From positions 1-64,000 of IMG/VR virus record IMGVR_UViG_3300007512_000012: a DNA stretch of 64,000 nucleotides, one strand, 5' to 3'. This document shows, in pieces, positions 9,601-18,779 of the stretch. The stretch comes from a virus. A program made the position numbers and the translations under genes. The notes under the pieces are model-generated. The model searched no databases and was not told the origin of the DNA. It saw only the letters and a program-made list of their open reading frames with translations. The stretch's first letter is position 1, and every line of letters begins with the position of its first letter.

Positions 9601-11843
9601 ATCGACTTGCTGTCGTTGAAGTACGCCGTCTCGTAGGTGCCCGGCCGCCAGCCGAACTGCGCGACGAGGCGGTAGTCGATGTACTGCCCCCGGACGCCCC
9701 ACTCGTTCTCCAGGCCGGTCCCGCCGAGGTTCTTGAACTGGCTGCCCTTGCAGGTCATGTAGGTGACCTGCGGCTCCTTCTCCGAGAAGCTGATGTTGAT
9801 GATGTCGATGTCTTCGAGGCGGTAGACGCGACTGCTGCTCGTGTCGAGGTTCCACATGGGCGGCTTGAAGACGAAGTCGCCGTCCACGTCCTGGTAGAAC
9901 TCGAACCCGGTGATCTCCATCACCTTCTGCGCCACGTCGAGCTTGCTCTCGTAGCTGGACTCGAACAGGTTGACCTGGCCCCAGTTGCCGATGTTCGAGA
10001 CGAACGCCTGCATCTCGACGATGTTCAGCTCGAACCGGGGCTTGTTCGCCTCGTTCTGCTGCGGGCCGAAGGCGGCCCGAGTCGCAGCCAGGGCCTTCCG
10101 CTTGCCCACGTTGTAGAGCCCGACCGACTGCGCCTGCTCCAGCACGCCCTTCGCGTTCTGCTTGGCGTCCTCGATGTTGAAGCGGTTCCGCATCAGCCGC
10201 ATGATGCTCGTGGACGACGTGCGGCCCAGCCAGGCAGCCGCCATCGTGCTGAACAGCTCGCCGGTCGCCCCGTGCATCCGCAGCCGGATGGCCCGGCCGG
10301 AGAAGCGCCGCTCCCAGTACCGGATGTTGAGCGAGAACAGGGACTCCTGCCCGACCTCGCTCACGGCTGACGTGTTCGACTTGCTGGCGAGCGCCCACGC
10401 CACCCCGCCAGCGGCCCCCACCATGTCGTGGTGGAGCGAGTACATGATCTGGTAGGGGTGCATCCCCGTGAAGTTGTGCCCCACCAGGCTCATCTTGAGC
10501 TTGCTGTTGCGGGGACGGGCACCGAACACCGAGGCGTTGGTGCTCATGTTGTGGTACTGCCAGAAGTGCAGCATCGACGAGCAGTTCACCGAGATGGTGT
10601 TCACCCCGCCCGAGTAGCTGTGGCTCACCTCCGTCACGACCCCGTGGAAGACGTGGTAGTAGGGGTAGGCCAGGGTGTTCTCGATGCCCTGGCCCGCCAG
10701 GCCGTACTCCTCCAGCAACGACGGCCCCACCACCGCCTGCGTCGCCGCCTGGCCCTCCGCCGCAACCACCCCCGTCGTGACCTTCGGCTCCGGGTAGGTC
10801 CCGTCCTGGTTCTGCTGCCAGTTGGCGACCGACGAGTTCGGGTCGGGCAGGGCGTCGATGCGCGGCTGCAAAGCCCGCAGCCACGCCCGCTTCTGGCTGC
10901 CCTTGAGCGACTCGTCGTGGTCCCGGCCGGGGACGACCGTGTGAATCCACTCACGACCTCGGCGGTAGCCCGTGCCGCCGTCCATGTGCGGGGCACTGCC
11001 CCACACCGGGCTCGACGTGGGCGACTGGCCCTCACCCTTGAGGTAGAGCCCGATGCCCGAGGTGCTCGGCAGGTGGCCCGAGTCGCGGAGCCGGTTGATC
11101 GACGCCCACGTCGTCGTGCGGTCGATCTCGACCCGGCGACCGCCCACCTGGTGCGACGCCACGAAGTCCACGGCCGACCCGCTGTGGTGCTGCGAGTTCG
11201 CCGAGTGCCCGGATGAGCGGAGGCCACCGTTCGGGGTGACCTGGATGTCCACGCCCTGGAAGCCCTGCTGCTCGTAATACTGGTGCAGCGTCTCCATCAT
11301 CGCGACGGTCTGCCGCATGTTGGCGTCGGTCGTGCCGCCGTCGCTCTGCTCCCGCCTCTCCAGGTCGGATGTGGCGTAGGGCTGGCCGTTCGGGCGGACC
11401 GGCTTCTCCGCAGTCGTGCCCACCTCGTCGGGGTTGGCTTCGAGCTGCTGCGCGTTGACCGCGTTCGACCCGGCGATCTCCCCCTGCGCCTTCGGCTCCG
11501 CCAGGTGGGCGAAGAGCCCCTGCACAGGGAAGTAGCCCCGCATGTAGACGTGGACTTCGAGGCCGGGCCGGAGGAGGAACTTCGCGTCGCGCCCGAAGGA
11601 CTCCGTGTGGTGCAGCGGAATGGAGAGCGAGAAGCTCGCCGAGGCCGAGCCGGGCTCGGTCCCTGCGTCCACCGACACCTCGGTCAAGAACCGCTGGATG
11701 TCGATCTTGCCGCTGCACTTCGCGCAACCCGGCAGCGCGGTGTCGCCGTTGAGGTACACCAGGGCGTCGGGCGTGTGCTGGACGAGCTGCTGCCCGTTCA
11801 GACGCCAGGTGCCGATGTACGGTCGCGCTTCGAGGCCCACCAA
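6693..11843 (-). CDS. Baseplate hub / tail-associated lysin (gp27-like) with an inserted M15-family Zn peptidase domain
   Basis: Hub-like motifs (LRPGLEVHVYMRGY, FHGVVTEVSHSYSGG, FEFYQDVDGDFVFKPP, RPELRPGFPVY). M15 motifs SQHHSGSAVD and GIGLY...HMD. The start may be GTG 11840, 6 nt after GGAGG. Confidence 0.75.
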   Translation of the reverse strand: MVGLEARPYIGTWRLNGQQLVQHTPDALVYLNGDTALPGCAKCSGKIDIQRFLTEVSVDAGTEPGSASASFSLSIPLHHTESFGRDAKFLLRPGLEVHVYMRGYFPVQGLFAHLAEPKAQGEIAGSNAVNAQQLEANPDEVGTTAEKPVRPNGQPYATSDLERREQSDGGTTDANMRQTVAMMETLHQYYEQQGFQGVDIQVTPNGGLRSSGHSANSQHHSGSAVDFVASHQVGGRRVEIDRTTTWASINRLRDSGHLPSTSGIGLYLKGEGQSPTSSPVWGSAPHMDGGTGYRRGREWIHTVVPGRDHDESLKGSQKRAWLRALQPRIDALPDPNSSVANWQQNQDGTYPEPKVTTGVVAAEGQAATQAVVGPSLLEEYGLAGQGIENTLAYPYYHVFHGVVTEVSHSYSGGVNTISVNCSSMLHFWQYHNMSTNASVFGARPRNSKLKMSLVGHNFTGMHPYQIMYSLHHDMVGAAGGVAWALASKSNTSAVSEVGQESLFSLNIRYWERRFSGRAIRLRMHGATGELFSTMAAAWLGRTSSTSIMRLMRNRFNIEDAKQNAKGVLEQAQSVGLYNVGKRKALAATRAAFGPQQNEANKPRFELNIVEMQAFVSNIGNWGQVNLFESSYESKLDVAQKVMEITGFEFYQDVDGDFVFKPPMWNLDTSSSRVYRLEDIDIINISFSEKEPQVTYMTCKGSQFKNLGGTGLENEWGVRGQYIDYRLVAQFGWRPGTYETAYFNDSKSMFFSAVNRMDVMNIGINACQVTIPVRPELRPGFPVYIPYLDAYYYCNSFAHAHAVGGQCTTSLTLVGKRAKFYAPGNRPVGGSRGGIDDIKLGDTVLPQRPLQVIDPDGKPRLSGFPNVVMALDPTAINPLFFVVGNDLDDMSDVRVIKALLKMGQDLKVLQAPKELENGGLVYVMTKPVGRGDQAKPVTVQFYFQEDDLTGTSSVPSDQQQGATTVNIVAEAIEYERLIRKASKSKEDAQEDLDNLQGKILDKQARKSDLANGKDRSKPATITKIEKLDEDILALEKQFRQKSDQVNQERKALEASWRDPNNAQAGGVAFLLEMRDRVGASFRNSAEFQGRGDLSSTINLLDMLSDKKATFSNGSQPGNYRYYSASHPDPAEQGPKVVSYVGDNKKRTEEAAPASIDGDRPTIKMFTRTPNAPFSGAIVPEAELVDGQPEVGIKVLDSSGQKFGRSYPTSAILELMFSVQPVTIVKSVTTNFATTNIGSLGKGAKAKLSGAFANLPNPPQGSDTIEGYFGTAWSTEGVKVAEAIIAMKAKADETNRSIGAVSAPAFPASVTIGTTKVAGTTVLALLKCKESPAASATIDIGAGLAGGTYADVVKVAAKSLGSSFYRQVEQVRRTAAKAVVKSGGKRGTELDAILGAFNNALAGSLNTTVAASNRRKGKRNARKVETTFSPVFPVSDARGYEVIGTYRYGRDVSIEPDGVFDQLHKSDIFSLLDKKLVEQILQFFVQNRKIRTPPMETVVVGGKTVTRPVEGAEVGVQPRGDTARYLNDELIAQLRARGLTDKQILDYGFLLTTDDPNQLQFSLANIFSENKLDGVQKIPVINAAYSLADMNVQQSGHICDCKAAEADVLLSAYGHEQFLSFSQSGTPHHEGLGTDPADAGTRWVAMNAAAAADSWRVQQQALRGQVLDRGGSHIVRQTSEAIESVQDAVREARENFIGVDGEQSNLAAFADAITGEDS

Positions 11844-13193
11844 CTACCTCCTGATGCCGAAGGGCACGAGCCTGGTTGAGGAAGCGGCCGGAGCAGCCGC
11901 CGTCGCAGAGGCAGCCTGGAAGCCAGATCCGCTCTTTGAAGCTACCCCTGCCAGGCCGGGGGAGGTGCGGGTCACCGGCTGACCGTCCGGCGTCACCCCA
12001 CCAGGCCGCTGCGTGTAGTCGTTGCGCGAGTAGAAGTCCTCGCCGCCCACCTGCACTCCGTCCGCCCCTACCGAGATGTCGCCGGGGCTCGCCGTACCCC
12101 GAGGGCCGTTGAGGCCGCTGAACCGGCGGTCGGACGCCGAGGGGATCGGGGAGCGCATCGGGGTGACGACGGGGCTCACCTTGCTGGTGTCCACCATCGC
12201 GTTGACCGTGAACTCCATGTCGAAGACCACGCCGCCGAGCTGGTTCGCCTCCTCGTAGGCGTAGGAGAACGACTCCATGTTCCCGTAGTAGACCCACCCG
12301 TCGTAGTGGATGGAGAGCGCCCCCACCATGTGGTTCGCGTTCGACTTGCCGACCGTGTCGTAGATGTAGCCGTTGTTCCTGTAGAAGTGGAACGCCGTCG
12401 CGAGGTTCTGCCAGGCAGCCGAGTCCCGGCGGGACGCCCACTGGACGCCCCGGCCCCCGCTGATGAAGGCACCGCACCTGGCGGAGATCGACAGCCGGGG
12501 CTGCTCCTCCCCCCACGCCTGGAACACGAAGCCGTACCGCGTCCGGTCGCTGAACTGCTGGATCTTCGTGTAGACCATGTTCAACGTCTGCGGGTTGATG
12601 AGCAGCACCAGGGGCGGGGTGTTCACGAGCGCCCGGAGCTGCATCGTGATGTCCGCCGCCACCTTCAGGTCGGTGATGGACGGCGTGCCCAAGCGGGACG
12701 GCCCGTCCCCCTTCACGTCGATGGTCCGGTCCTTCGTCCGGGGTCGGTTGATGAACCCCTGGCTCACGAAGCTCTCGACCGTGCCGCTGTTCGAGAGCTG
12801 CGACCCGCCGGGGAGGTCCTGCTGGATGGCCGTCCGAGCCGTCACGAAGGCGTTCGGGGCTCCCCGGTGGGCTCCCTCGAAGATGCCCGCGATGTTCTTC
12901 GCCCCGCCCGTGTCGAACGCCTGCGACATGATGAGCGGCGGCTCGACCTGGATCATGAAGGGCGACAGGACCCGCGAGAGATCCCGGCTGCCGTCGATGG
13001 CCGGGGCCGTGGCGGCCTCGTACTCGACCGAGAAGTCGGGGCCGACGCGCAGACCCTTGTACTCCAACGGCGGAGGGGGCGACTCCAACTGCGCGTTGCT
13101 GACATCCGGCTCGAAGGCGGTCCGCTCCGGCTCCTTCCCCTTCGAGGAGAAGCGAGAGGCCGAACCCACCTGGATGCTGCCAAGAACCGGCAT
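11844..13193 (-). CDS. Tail tube initiator / baseplate tube-like protein (gp48/gp54-like)
   Basis: LLINPQTLNMVYTK...WGEEQPRLSISA...YYGNMESFSYAYEE...FDMEFTV pattern. Lies between tape measure and hub. ATG 13193 follows GGAGG. Confidence 0.65.
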   Translation of the reverse strand: MPVLGSIQVGSASRFSSKGKEPERTAFEPDVSNAQLESPPPPLEYKGLRVGPDFSVEYEAATAPAIDGSRDLSRVLSPFMIQVEPPLIMSQAFDTGGAKNIAGIFEGAHRGAPNAFVTARTAIQQDLPGGSQLSNSGTVESFVSQGFINRPRTKDRTIDVKGDGPSRLGTPSITDLKVAADITMQLRALVNTPPLVLLINPQTLNMVYTKIQQFSDRTRYGFVFQAWGEEQPRLSISARCGAFISGGRGVQWASRRDSAAWQNLATAFHFYRNNGYIYDTVGKSNANHMVGALSIHYDGWVYYGNMESFSYAYEEANQLGGVVFDMEFTVNAMVDTSKVSPVVTPMRSPIPSASDRRFSGLNGPRGTASPGDISVGADGVQVGGEDFYSRNDYTQRPGGVTPDGQPVTRTSPGLAGVASKSGSGFQAASATAAAPAASSTRLVPFGIRR

Positions 13194-13195
13194 CG

Positions 13196-13981
13196 TCAAC
13201 CTCCCGCCACGGCCTTCGCCAGGGCCTCGTAGTCCGCCAGGGTGGCGTTGTCCGGCACCTGGATGCCTGCCGCACTCGCGGCCGTGCGCAGCCGTGCCAG
13301 GCGGGCCTCATCGACCGCCCGCCCGATGCCGCCGAAGCCCTCGACGAAGTTCTCGGCGGGCGTGAAGCTCCCAGGTGCTCCGGCCTGCGACATGCTCGTG
13401 CGCAGGCGCATGACCTCGTGGGCCACGGTGAACTCGGCCGTCAGGTCGAACTGGTAGGGCTTCTCGGCCGCCTCGCCGACGTTGAAGCTGCCGAACCAGC
13501 CCAGGTAGATGCCGCCATCGAAGCTGACCTTGATGATGCCCTGGAAGGCGATCTGCCCGGAGGCGTCGTAGATGCTGCCGTTGTTGTGGAACAGGGCCAG
13601 CAGGTCCAGGTACTTGTCGTAGGCGATGGTCTCCCGCCTGGTGCCCTCCGTGTCGAAGCCACCCCCGGTGACGTTCGAGAGGCCGGAGTACAGCCGCTTG
13701 AACCCGCCGGTCGCCATCGCGAACGAGATGCTCCGGGCGGCCTCGCCCCAGTGCTGCTCGACGAACCCGCCCTTCGTCTGGATGCGCTCGGTCTGCTTGG
13801 CGTAGCTCATCGACATCGACGAGGGGTTCACATGCAGGACCATCCGCACGTCCTCGGGGAGGATGCTCGTCGCCAGGTCGGGGCCGAGGATGTCGAAGAC
13901 CACCGGACGCACACCTGTCCCGTCGAACTCGCTCTCCGGGGAGACGAACGCGCTCTTGAAGACTGGCGTGCCCCTCGGCAT
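13196..13981 (-). CDS. Tail tube initiator / baseplate tube-like protein, paralog of 11844..13193
   Basis: HVNPSSMSMSYAK...HWGEAARSISF...FHNNGSIYD...YLGWFGSFNVGE...LTAEFTV aligns by eye with the neighbouring gene. Confidence 0.65.
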   Translation of the reverse strand: MPRGTPVFKSAFVSPESEFDGTGVRPVVFDILGPDLATSILPEDVRMVLHVNPSSMSMSYAKQTERIQTKGGFVEQHWGEAARSISFAMATGGFKRLYSGLSNVTGGGFDTEGTRRETIAYDKYLDLLALFHNNGSIYDASGQIAFQGIIKVSFDGGIYLGWFGSFNVGEAAEKPYQFDLTAEFTVAHEVMRLRTSMSQAGAPGSFTPAENFVEGFGGIGRAVDEARLARLRTAASAAGIQVPDNATLADYEALAKAVAGG

Positions 13982-16900
13982 CAGCTAAGGACCCCTGCGG
14001 CTGCGGCGGCCTGAAGGCCACGGATGATCTCGGCGGAGTTGCCGAAGCTGTTGATGACGATGCTGCCCTTGCCCCCACTCCGGGCCGTGTCGCGGGGGCC
14101 GCCGGAACGCCGACCCTCCATCGCCACGTTGTCCCGGCCGTTGAAGTCCACCCGGCCGGTGAACCGGCCCTTGCTGGCGCTGTAGAAGGCCGCGAAGTCG
14201 CCGCCTGGCTGGGTGGGAGGGGGCAGCGGCCCCATGAACGGCGAGCTGTGGCCCTTGCGGGACAGGGCCGTACCCATCGCTGCTGTGCCTGCCGCTCCGT
14301 GCAGAATGTCGCCGAGCGACTTCTCCTCGCCCGTGTTCGGGTCCTTGACCTTGCGCTGAAGATTCATCCCGCCGGTCCGGCCCTGGAGCAGCCCGCGAGC
14401 CTTGCTGACCAGAGCCGTTGCTCCGCCTTCCTCGCCGGAGCGGGCGAGCAGGGTGGCAAGCTCCTGAACCTGGCGTTCCTCGTTCTGGCTCTCGATGGCC
14501 TTCACCAGCTCGTCGGTCTGCTCCTTGAGCTGCTTCTCCTCCGCCGTCAGCTCCCGCTTCGAGCGGTCGTCGGCATCCCGCTTCTCGCCGATGTAGATGT
14601 CGCGGAGCCACTCCTCCATTGGTATCTCGTCCTTGATAGCGGCTGCCCCACCGAACTTCCGCCGCATCTCCCCTGCTGCCGGACCCTCCAGCGCCCCTTC
14701 CAGGCGATCGATGGAACGCACGCCCATCGGCAAGCCGAGGTACTCCTGTGCATACCCGGACCAGACCTTCTCGCTCTCCCGGCCCTCGATGTCGGAGACA
14801 AGCTGCTGTGCGGAGTCTCGACCACCCACCCAGGGCTTGTCGGCGAACGACGCGGATTGGATGTGGCGGCCCGCCTCCCACCCGGCGGAGGCCCCTGCCG
14901 ACCTCGCGTGCTCGGCGACATCGGCCCTCGGGTTGATCGCCATGATCGCCCGCCCGATGGCGTCCTTCGCCTGTGGGGAGGCCGCCGCCGCCCCGATCAT
15001 CCCCTTGGCGTCGAGGTTCTCCCCGTACTTGTGGGCATCCGCCGCCGTCATCCGGCCAAGGCTTCGACTGATGGCCCTGTAGGCATCCACCCGGCCGCCG
15101 AGCTTCTTCTTCGCCAGCTCCCGCTTGTCGATCTCCGCCTCGATCTCCGCCTTGCGCTCGGGCGAGGCACCGACCTTCAGTTCCAGCTTCAGCCGGTCGA
15201 TGGCCGACTGCTGGCGTCGCAGCTCCTTGCGGGACTCCTCCTCCTTCTCGGACACCTCGCCCATCGCCCGGCCTCGGGCGGCCTTCTCCTCGTCCGAGAA
15301 CTTGTCCTGGCCCATGATCGAGGCGATGTACTGGACGGACGAGTAGATCTTCGAGAGCAGGTACTCGATGCCCTGCTCCAGAATCTTCGCCATGTCGGTC
15401 GTGTTCCCGGCGATCTCCTGCGCGAGCATGATGTCCTCGGCGATCTTCTTGTCCTCCATCCCCTTGAGCCGGTCACCCTGGCTGAGGAAGAAGTCCTCCA
15501 AGGACCCGCCCATCTGCTCGAAGCGCGTCGTCCCGTCTGACGACTTGACGATCTTCTCCAACGCACCGGACGCCTCGTTGATGCGGACCCCCCACTCGTC
15601 GGCGAACTTCTGGTTGTACTCGGCCCACGCCTCCGGGCCACCCTCCTGCGCCTTGCGCATCGTGTCGTACTGACCACGCATCTCCATGCCGACCCGCCGG
15701 AGCTGCCTGGCAGCCTCCCCGCTCTTGCCGGTGATCTGCTCGAAGGCCATCAGTTGCTCCTTCTCCGAGAGGTCGATCTGGTCCAGAGAGCGGCCCAGGA
15801 CCCGCTGTGCCTCGTTGAGCTGGAGGAACAGGGTCGCACCCGCACCGGCCGATGAGCGGGCAGCCTGCGCACCACCCAGGCCGCCCTTGAAGGACTGCCC
15901 CTGCGTCGCCAGGTCCATCAGCGACCGGGCCAGGCCCGCCCCAGCACCGCCGGTCGCACCCACCTGCGCGGTGAGCATCCCGAGCTTCTGCGGGGACATC
16001 TTGCCGAGGGCCTTCGCGAGGTCCTCGCCCTTCAGCCCACCCAACCCGAAATCGCCGAGGATGCCCTGGATGGCGGACGCCTTGCCCTGGTCCTTCGAGG
16101 CAAGCTCTTCGAGCTTGCGCCCGAACTCCTCGGCCGACCGCACAGCGTCCTTCTGGAGAATGCGGGACGAGAGCTTCACGCCCGTCGTCATCGTCTTCTT
16201 GATGCGGTCCTGGGTGCCCTCGTCCTTGAAGCCCTTCATCAACTGCTGAAGGAAATCGCCGCCCATCTTCTGGCCGAGGATCTTGCCGAGGTTGATGAGC
16301 AGCCCGGCCGCTTCTTCGAGCCGGACGTTATACATCGACATCCCGCTCGTGGCCTGGAGCAGCATGTTGAAGAACCGCTTGGTCGCGAAGCCCGACTCCT
16401 TCGCCGCGACGGTGATGTTCGCGAACCTGCCCGAGACGCCTTCAAGGGTGAGCCCGAGTTCCTCCATGTAGGAGGCCATCGTCGAACTCATTTCCTGCGT
16501 GCTCAGGCCGAGCAGCTTGCTGTAGGTGAGGGCCGCGACCGTGTACTCCTCCAGCCGCTTCATCCCATCGGCGGCCTGGGCGATGCCCTCCTTCATCTGC
16601 CGGAATGAGACGCCTGCACTGGCGAACCCGCCGAGGATCTCCAAGTGGTCCTTCGCCGTGGTGCCCCACACGTTCTTGAGCGTGAACGCCTCGGCGAAGT
16701 GCTGGCTGATGTTGGTGAGGGTGTCACCGAGCCTGCCGTACTGGTCCGCCAGGTCGGCCCCTGCCAACCCGCTCGTCATCAGGGTGCGATTCAAGTCCTT
16801 CATCGCGGAGTCCGCAGCGACGGCGATGGCGACAAGCGCACCAATCCCTGCGGCGAGCGCACCGATGGCGGCGATGGCCGGTCCGACCTTCGTCAGGAGC

Positions 16901-17571
16901 CCTCCGAGGCCCTTGAGCAACCCGGCTCCAGCCCCTCCCTCCTGCGCCTTCTTCAGGGCCTTCGTCCCCGCCCCACCGACGCCCCCTCCGAGGCCCTTGA
17001 GCAACCCGCTCACGTCCCCGCTCTTGATCTTGCTGAAGGCCGACGTGATGCCGTCCGCGAAGGCGTCGCCCGCCTTGATGGTGCCCTTGAAATGCTCCTT
17101 CGAGGCGAGCTTCGCGGCCTGCACCATCGCCTTCTTGCGACGCTGCATGACCTCGTCGGTGGCGGTCTTCTCCGCCTTGAACTGCCGCTGCAAACCGGCC
17201 AGGCGTTCCTTCTCCTCCGCACGCAGAGCCTTGAGCCGCTGCTTCTCCTGCTGCTCGATGCCTCGGCGGCCCATCTCGATGCTCAACTCGAATACACGCT
17301 TGTTCGAGGTGGCGATCTGGTCGGACACCGAGGTCAGCTTGCGGGTGAGCCCCTGGATGTTCGTGAGCGCGAAGCCCTTGCCTGCCGCGTCCGCCACCGT
17401 GCCGGTGAGGATCTTCTGGATGTCCTTCTGCGAGCGGGCGAACTGACGGATGAGCGGAGTCGGGTTGAACCCGAGATCGACGTTGCCTGCCGCCTTGCGG
17501 AGGTCCTTGACGAACTTCTTCGTGTCCGCCTCAAGCTCGACTGTCAGGCCGAGGACATCGTTGATCGCCAT
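13981..17571 (-). CDS. Tape measure protein (1196 aa)
   Basis: Long helical A/K/G/E-rich protein with a hydrophobic segment (IAAIGALAAGIGALVAIAVAA), in the canonical position after tube and chaperones. Confidence 0.85.
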   Translation of the reverse strand: MAINDVLGLTVELEADTKKFVKDLRKAAGNVDLGFNPTPLIRQFARSQKDIQKILTGTVADAAGKGFALTNIQGLTRKLTSVSDQIATSNKRVFELSIEMGRRGIEQQEKQRLKALRAEEKERLAGLQRQFKAEKTATDEVMQRRKKAMVQAAKLASKEHFKGTIKAGDAFADGITSAFSKIKSGDVSGLLKGLGGGVGGAGTKALKKAQEGGAGAGLLKGLGGLLTKVGPAIAAIGALAAGIGALVAIAVAADSAMKDLNRTLMTSGLAGADLADQYGRLGDTLTNISQHFAEAFTLKNVWGTTAKDHLEILGGFASAGVSFRQMKEGIAQAADGMKRLEEYTVAALTYSKLLGLSTQEMSSTMASYMEELGLTLEGVSGRFANITVAAKESGFATKRFFNMLLQATSGMSMYNVRLEEAAGLLINLGKILGQKMGGDFLQQLMKGFKDEGTQDRIKKTMTTGVKLSSRILQKDAVRSAEEFGRKLEELASKDQGKASAIQGILGDFGLGGLKGEDLAKALGKMSPQKLGMLTAQVGATGGAGAGLARSLMDLATQGQSFKGGLGGAQAARSSAGAGATLFLQLNEAQRVLGRSLDQIDLSEKEQLMAFEQITGKSGEAARQLRRVGMEMRGQYDTMRKAQEGGPEAWAEYNQKFADEWGVRINEASGALEKIVKSSDGTTRFEQMGGSLEDFFLSQGDRLKGMEDKKIAEDIMLAQEIAGNTTDMAKILEQGIEYLLSKIYSSVQYIASIMGQDKFSDEEKAARGRAMGEVSEKEEESRKELRRQQSAIDRLKLELKVGASPERKAEIEAEIDKRELAKKKLGGRVDAYRAISRSLGRMTAADAHKYGENLDAKGMIGAAAASPQAKDAIGRAIMAINPRADVAEHARSAGASAGWEAGRHIQSASFADKPWVGGRDSAQQLVSDIEGRESEKVWSGYAQEYLGLPMGVRSIDRLEGALEGPAAGEMRRKFGGAAAIKDEIPMEEWLRDIYIGEKRDADDRSKRELTAEEKQLKEQTDELVKAIESQNEERQVQELATLLARSGEEGGATALVSKARGLLQGRTGGMNLQRKVKDPNTGEEKSLGDILHGAAGTAAMGTALSRKGHSSPFMGPLPPPTQPGGDFAAFYSASKGRFTGRVDFNGRDNVAMEGRRSGGPRDTARSGGKGSIVINSFGNSAEIIRGLQAAAAAGVLS

Positions 17572-17574
17572 CGG

Positions 17575-18768
17575 TTACTCCCCTGCCCCGAAGGCCGGGC
17601 TGCGGCCCTTGATCAGCTCTCCGAGCGTCCTCTGGTCTGTGTCCGCTTCGGCGTTCGGGTTCACCACACGACCCTCCTGCACCTGGAGATTGCCGGTGGA
17701 CGGCTTGATCCCGTACCTGTTGCGCACCCCCTCCGTGGCAGGGGCCTGCGGCAAGAACGCCACCTTCGAGCCCGGACCACGCTGCGCCAGCATCGCCTGG
17801 AGCTGCTCGCCGGTCACCGCCATGAGCGGGCGGGGCTTGAACTCGCCCGTCTCCCACTCCAGCTCCTCCCGCTTCTTCTGCAAGGCCGCCCGGCGAGCTT
17901 CACGCTCCTGCCTGGCCTGCTCGTGCTGCGCGAGGATGCGGGCCTTGTACTCGGCGACCACCCGGTCGTGGAGATCCTGGTCGTCGGTGACCCAACGCCT
18001 CATCTCCTCTTCGAGGTCCTCGACCGACTTCGACCCCTCGATGCGGTGCGTCGAGCCGTCGCCCTGTGCCTCGCCCTTCGGCTTCAGCACCCCGACCTGC
18101 TCGTAGAAGTAGCGGTCCAGCCGACCCTGCCGGTCCTTCGACTCGTCACCCCGACGCTGCTGGTCCTTCTTGTCCATCTTCGCGATGGCCTTGGGGGCGT
18201 TCGACGAGGCGACGAGCTTGAAGCCCTCCCACGCCGTCTCCTCCTGCCGCTTCGTGTCCTCCATCTCGTTGAAGGCGACCCAGATGCGCTGGATGGCGTT
18301 CAACCCGAGGGTCGCAGCACCAGGCACGCCGGAGTGCAGGAGCCCGGCAGAGCCGATGGACTTCCAGCGGTAGCGGCTGTTCGTCTCGTAGTTGTAGACC
18401 TCCACGGCCCCCACGGCGTCGCCCACCCGGACCCACAGGCCGAGCAGGATGCTGAACAGGATCTCCAGCACCGGGACGGGGAGCTGCCGGACGTACTCGG
18501 CGAGGAAGGGGATGGCGTTGTCGTGGCCGAGGACCGTGCGGCCGTTGACCATCCAGATCGCCGTCGCGACCGCCCACACCCGCCACTCGTACATGGAGAC
18601 GCCCGCCGTCCGGGCGTTGAGCATGAACAGGTCACCCGTGCCCAAGGACCGCATGTTCAGGCGAACGCCCCCGACGACCACGGAGTGCGTCAAGAACCCT
18701 GGCGACAGCAGGGCGTCAACGTCCTCGTAGAAGCGGTTGCGCTGCTCTGTGGTGGTCCTCGGGAGCAT
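17575..18768 (-). CDS. Tail assembly chaperone (second paralog)
   Basis: Lies between tube and tape measure. Shares an RxL...A(V/I)xxVxG...LxxL pattern with 18780..19949. Confidence 0.6.
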   Translation of the reverse strand: MLPRTTTEQRNRFYEDVDALLSPGFLTHSVVVGGVRLNMRSLGTGDLFMLNARTAGVSMYEWRVWAVATAIWMVNGRTVLGHDNAIPFLAEYVRQLPVPVLEILFSILLGLWVRVGDAVGAVEVYNYETNSRYRWKSIGSAGLLHSGVPGAATLGLNAIQRIWVAFNEMEDTKRQEETAWEGFKLVASSNAPKAIAKMDKKDQQRRGDESKDRQGRLDRYFYEQVGVLKPKGEAQGDGSTHRIEGSKSVEDLEEEMRRWVTDDQDLHDRVVAEYKARILAQHEQARQEREARRAALQKKREELEWETGEFKPRPLMAVTGEQLQAMLAQRGPGSKVAFLPQAPATEGVRNRYGIKPSTGNLQVQEGRVVNPNAEADTDQRTLGELIKGRSPAFGAGE

Positions 18769-18779
18769 CCGTCCTCATT

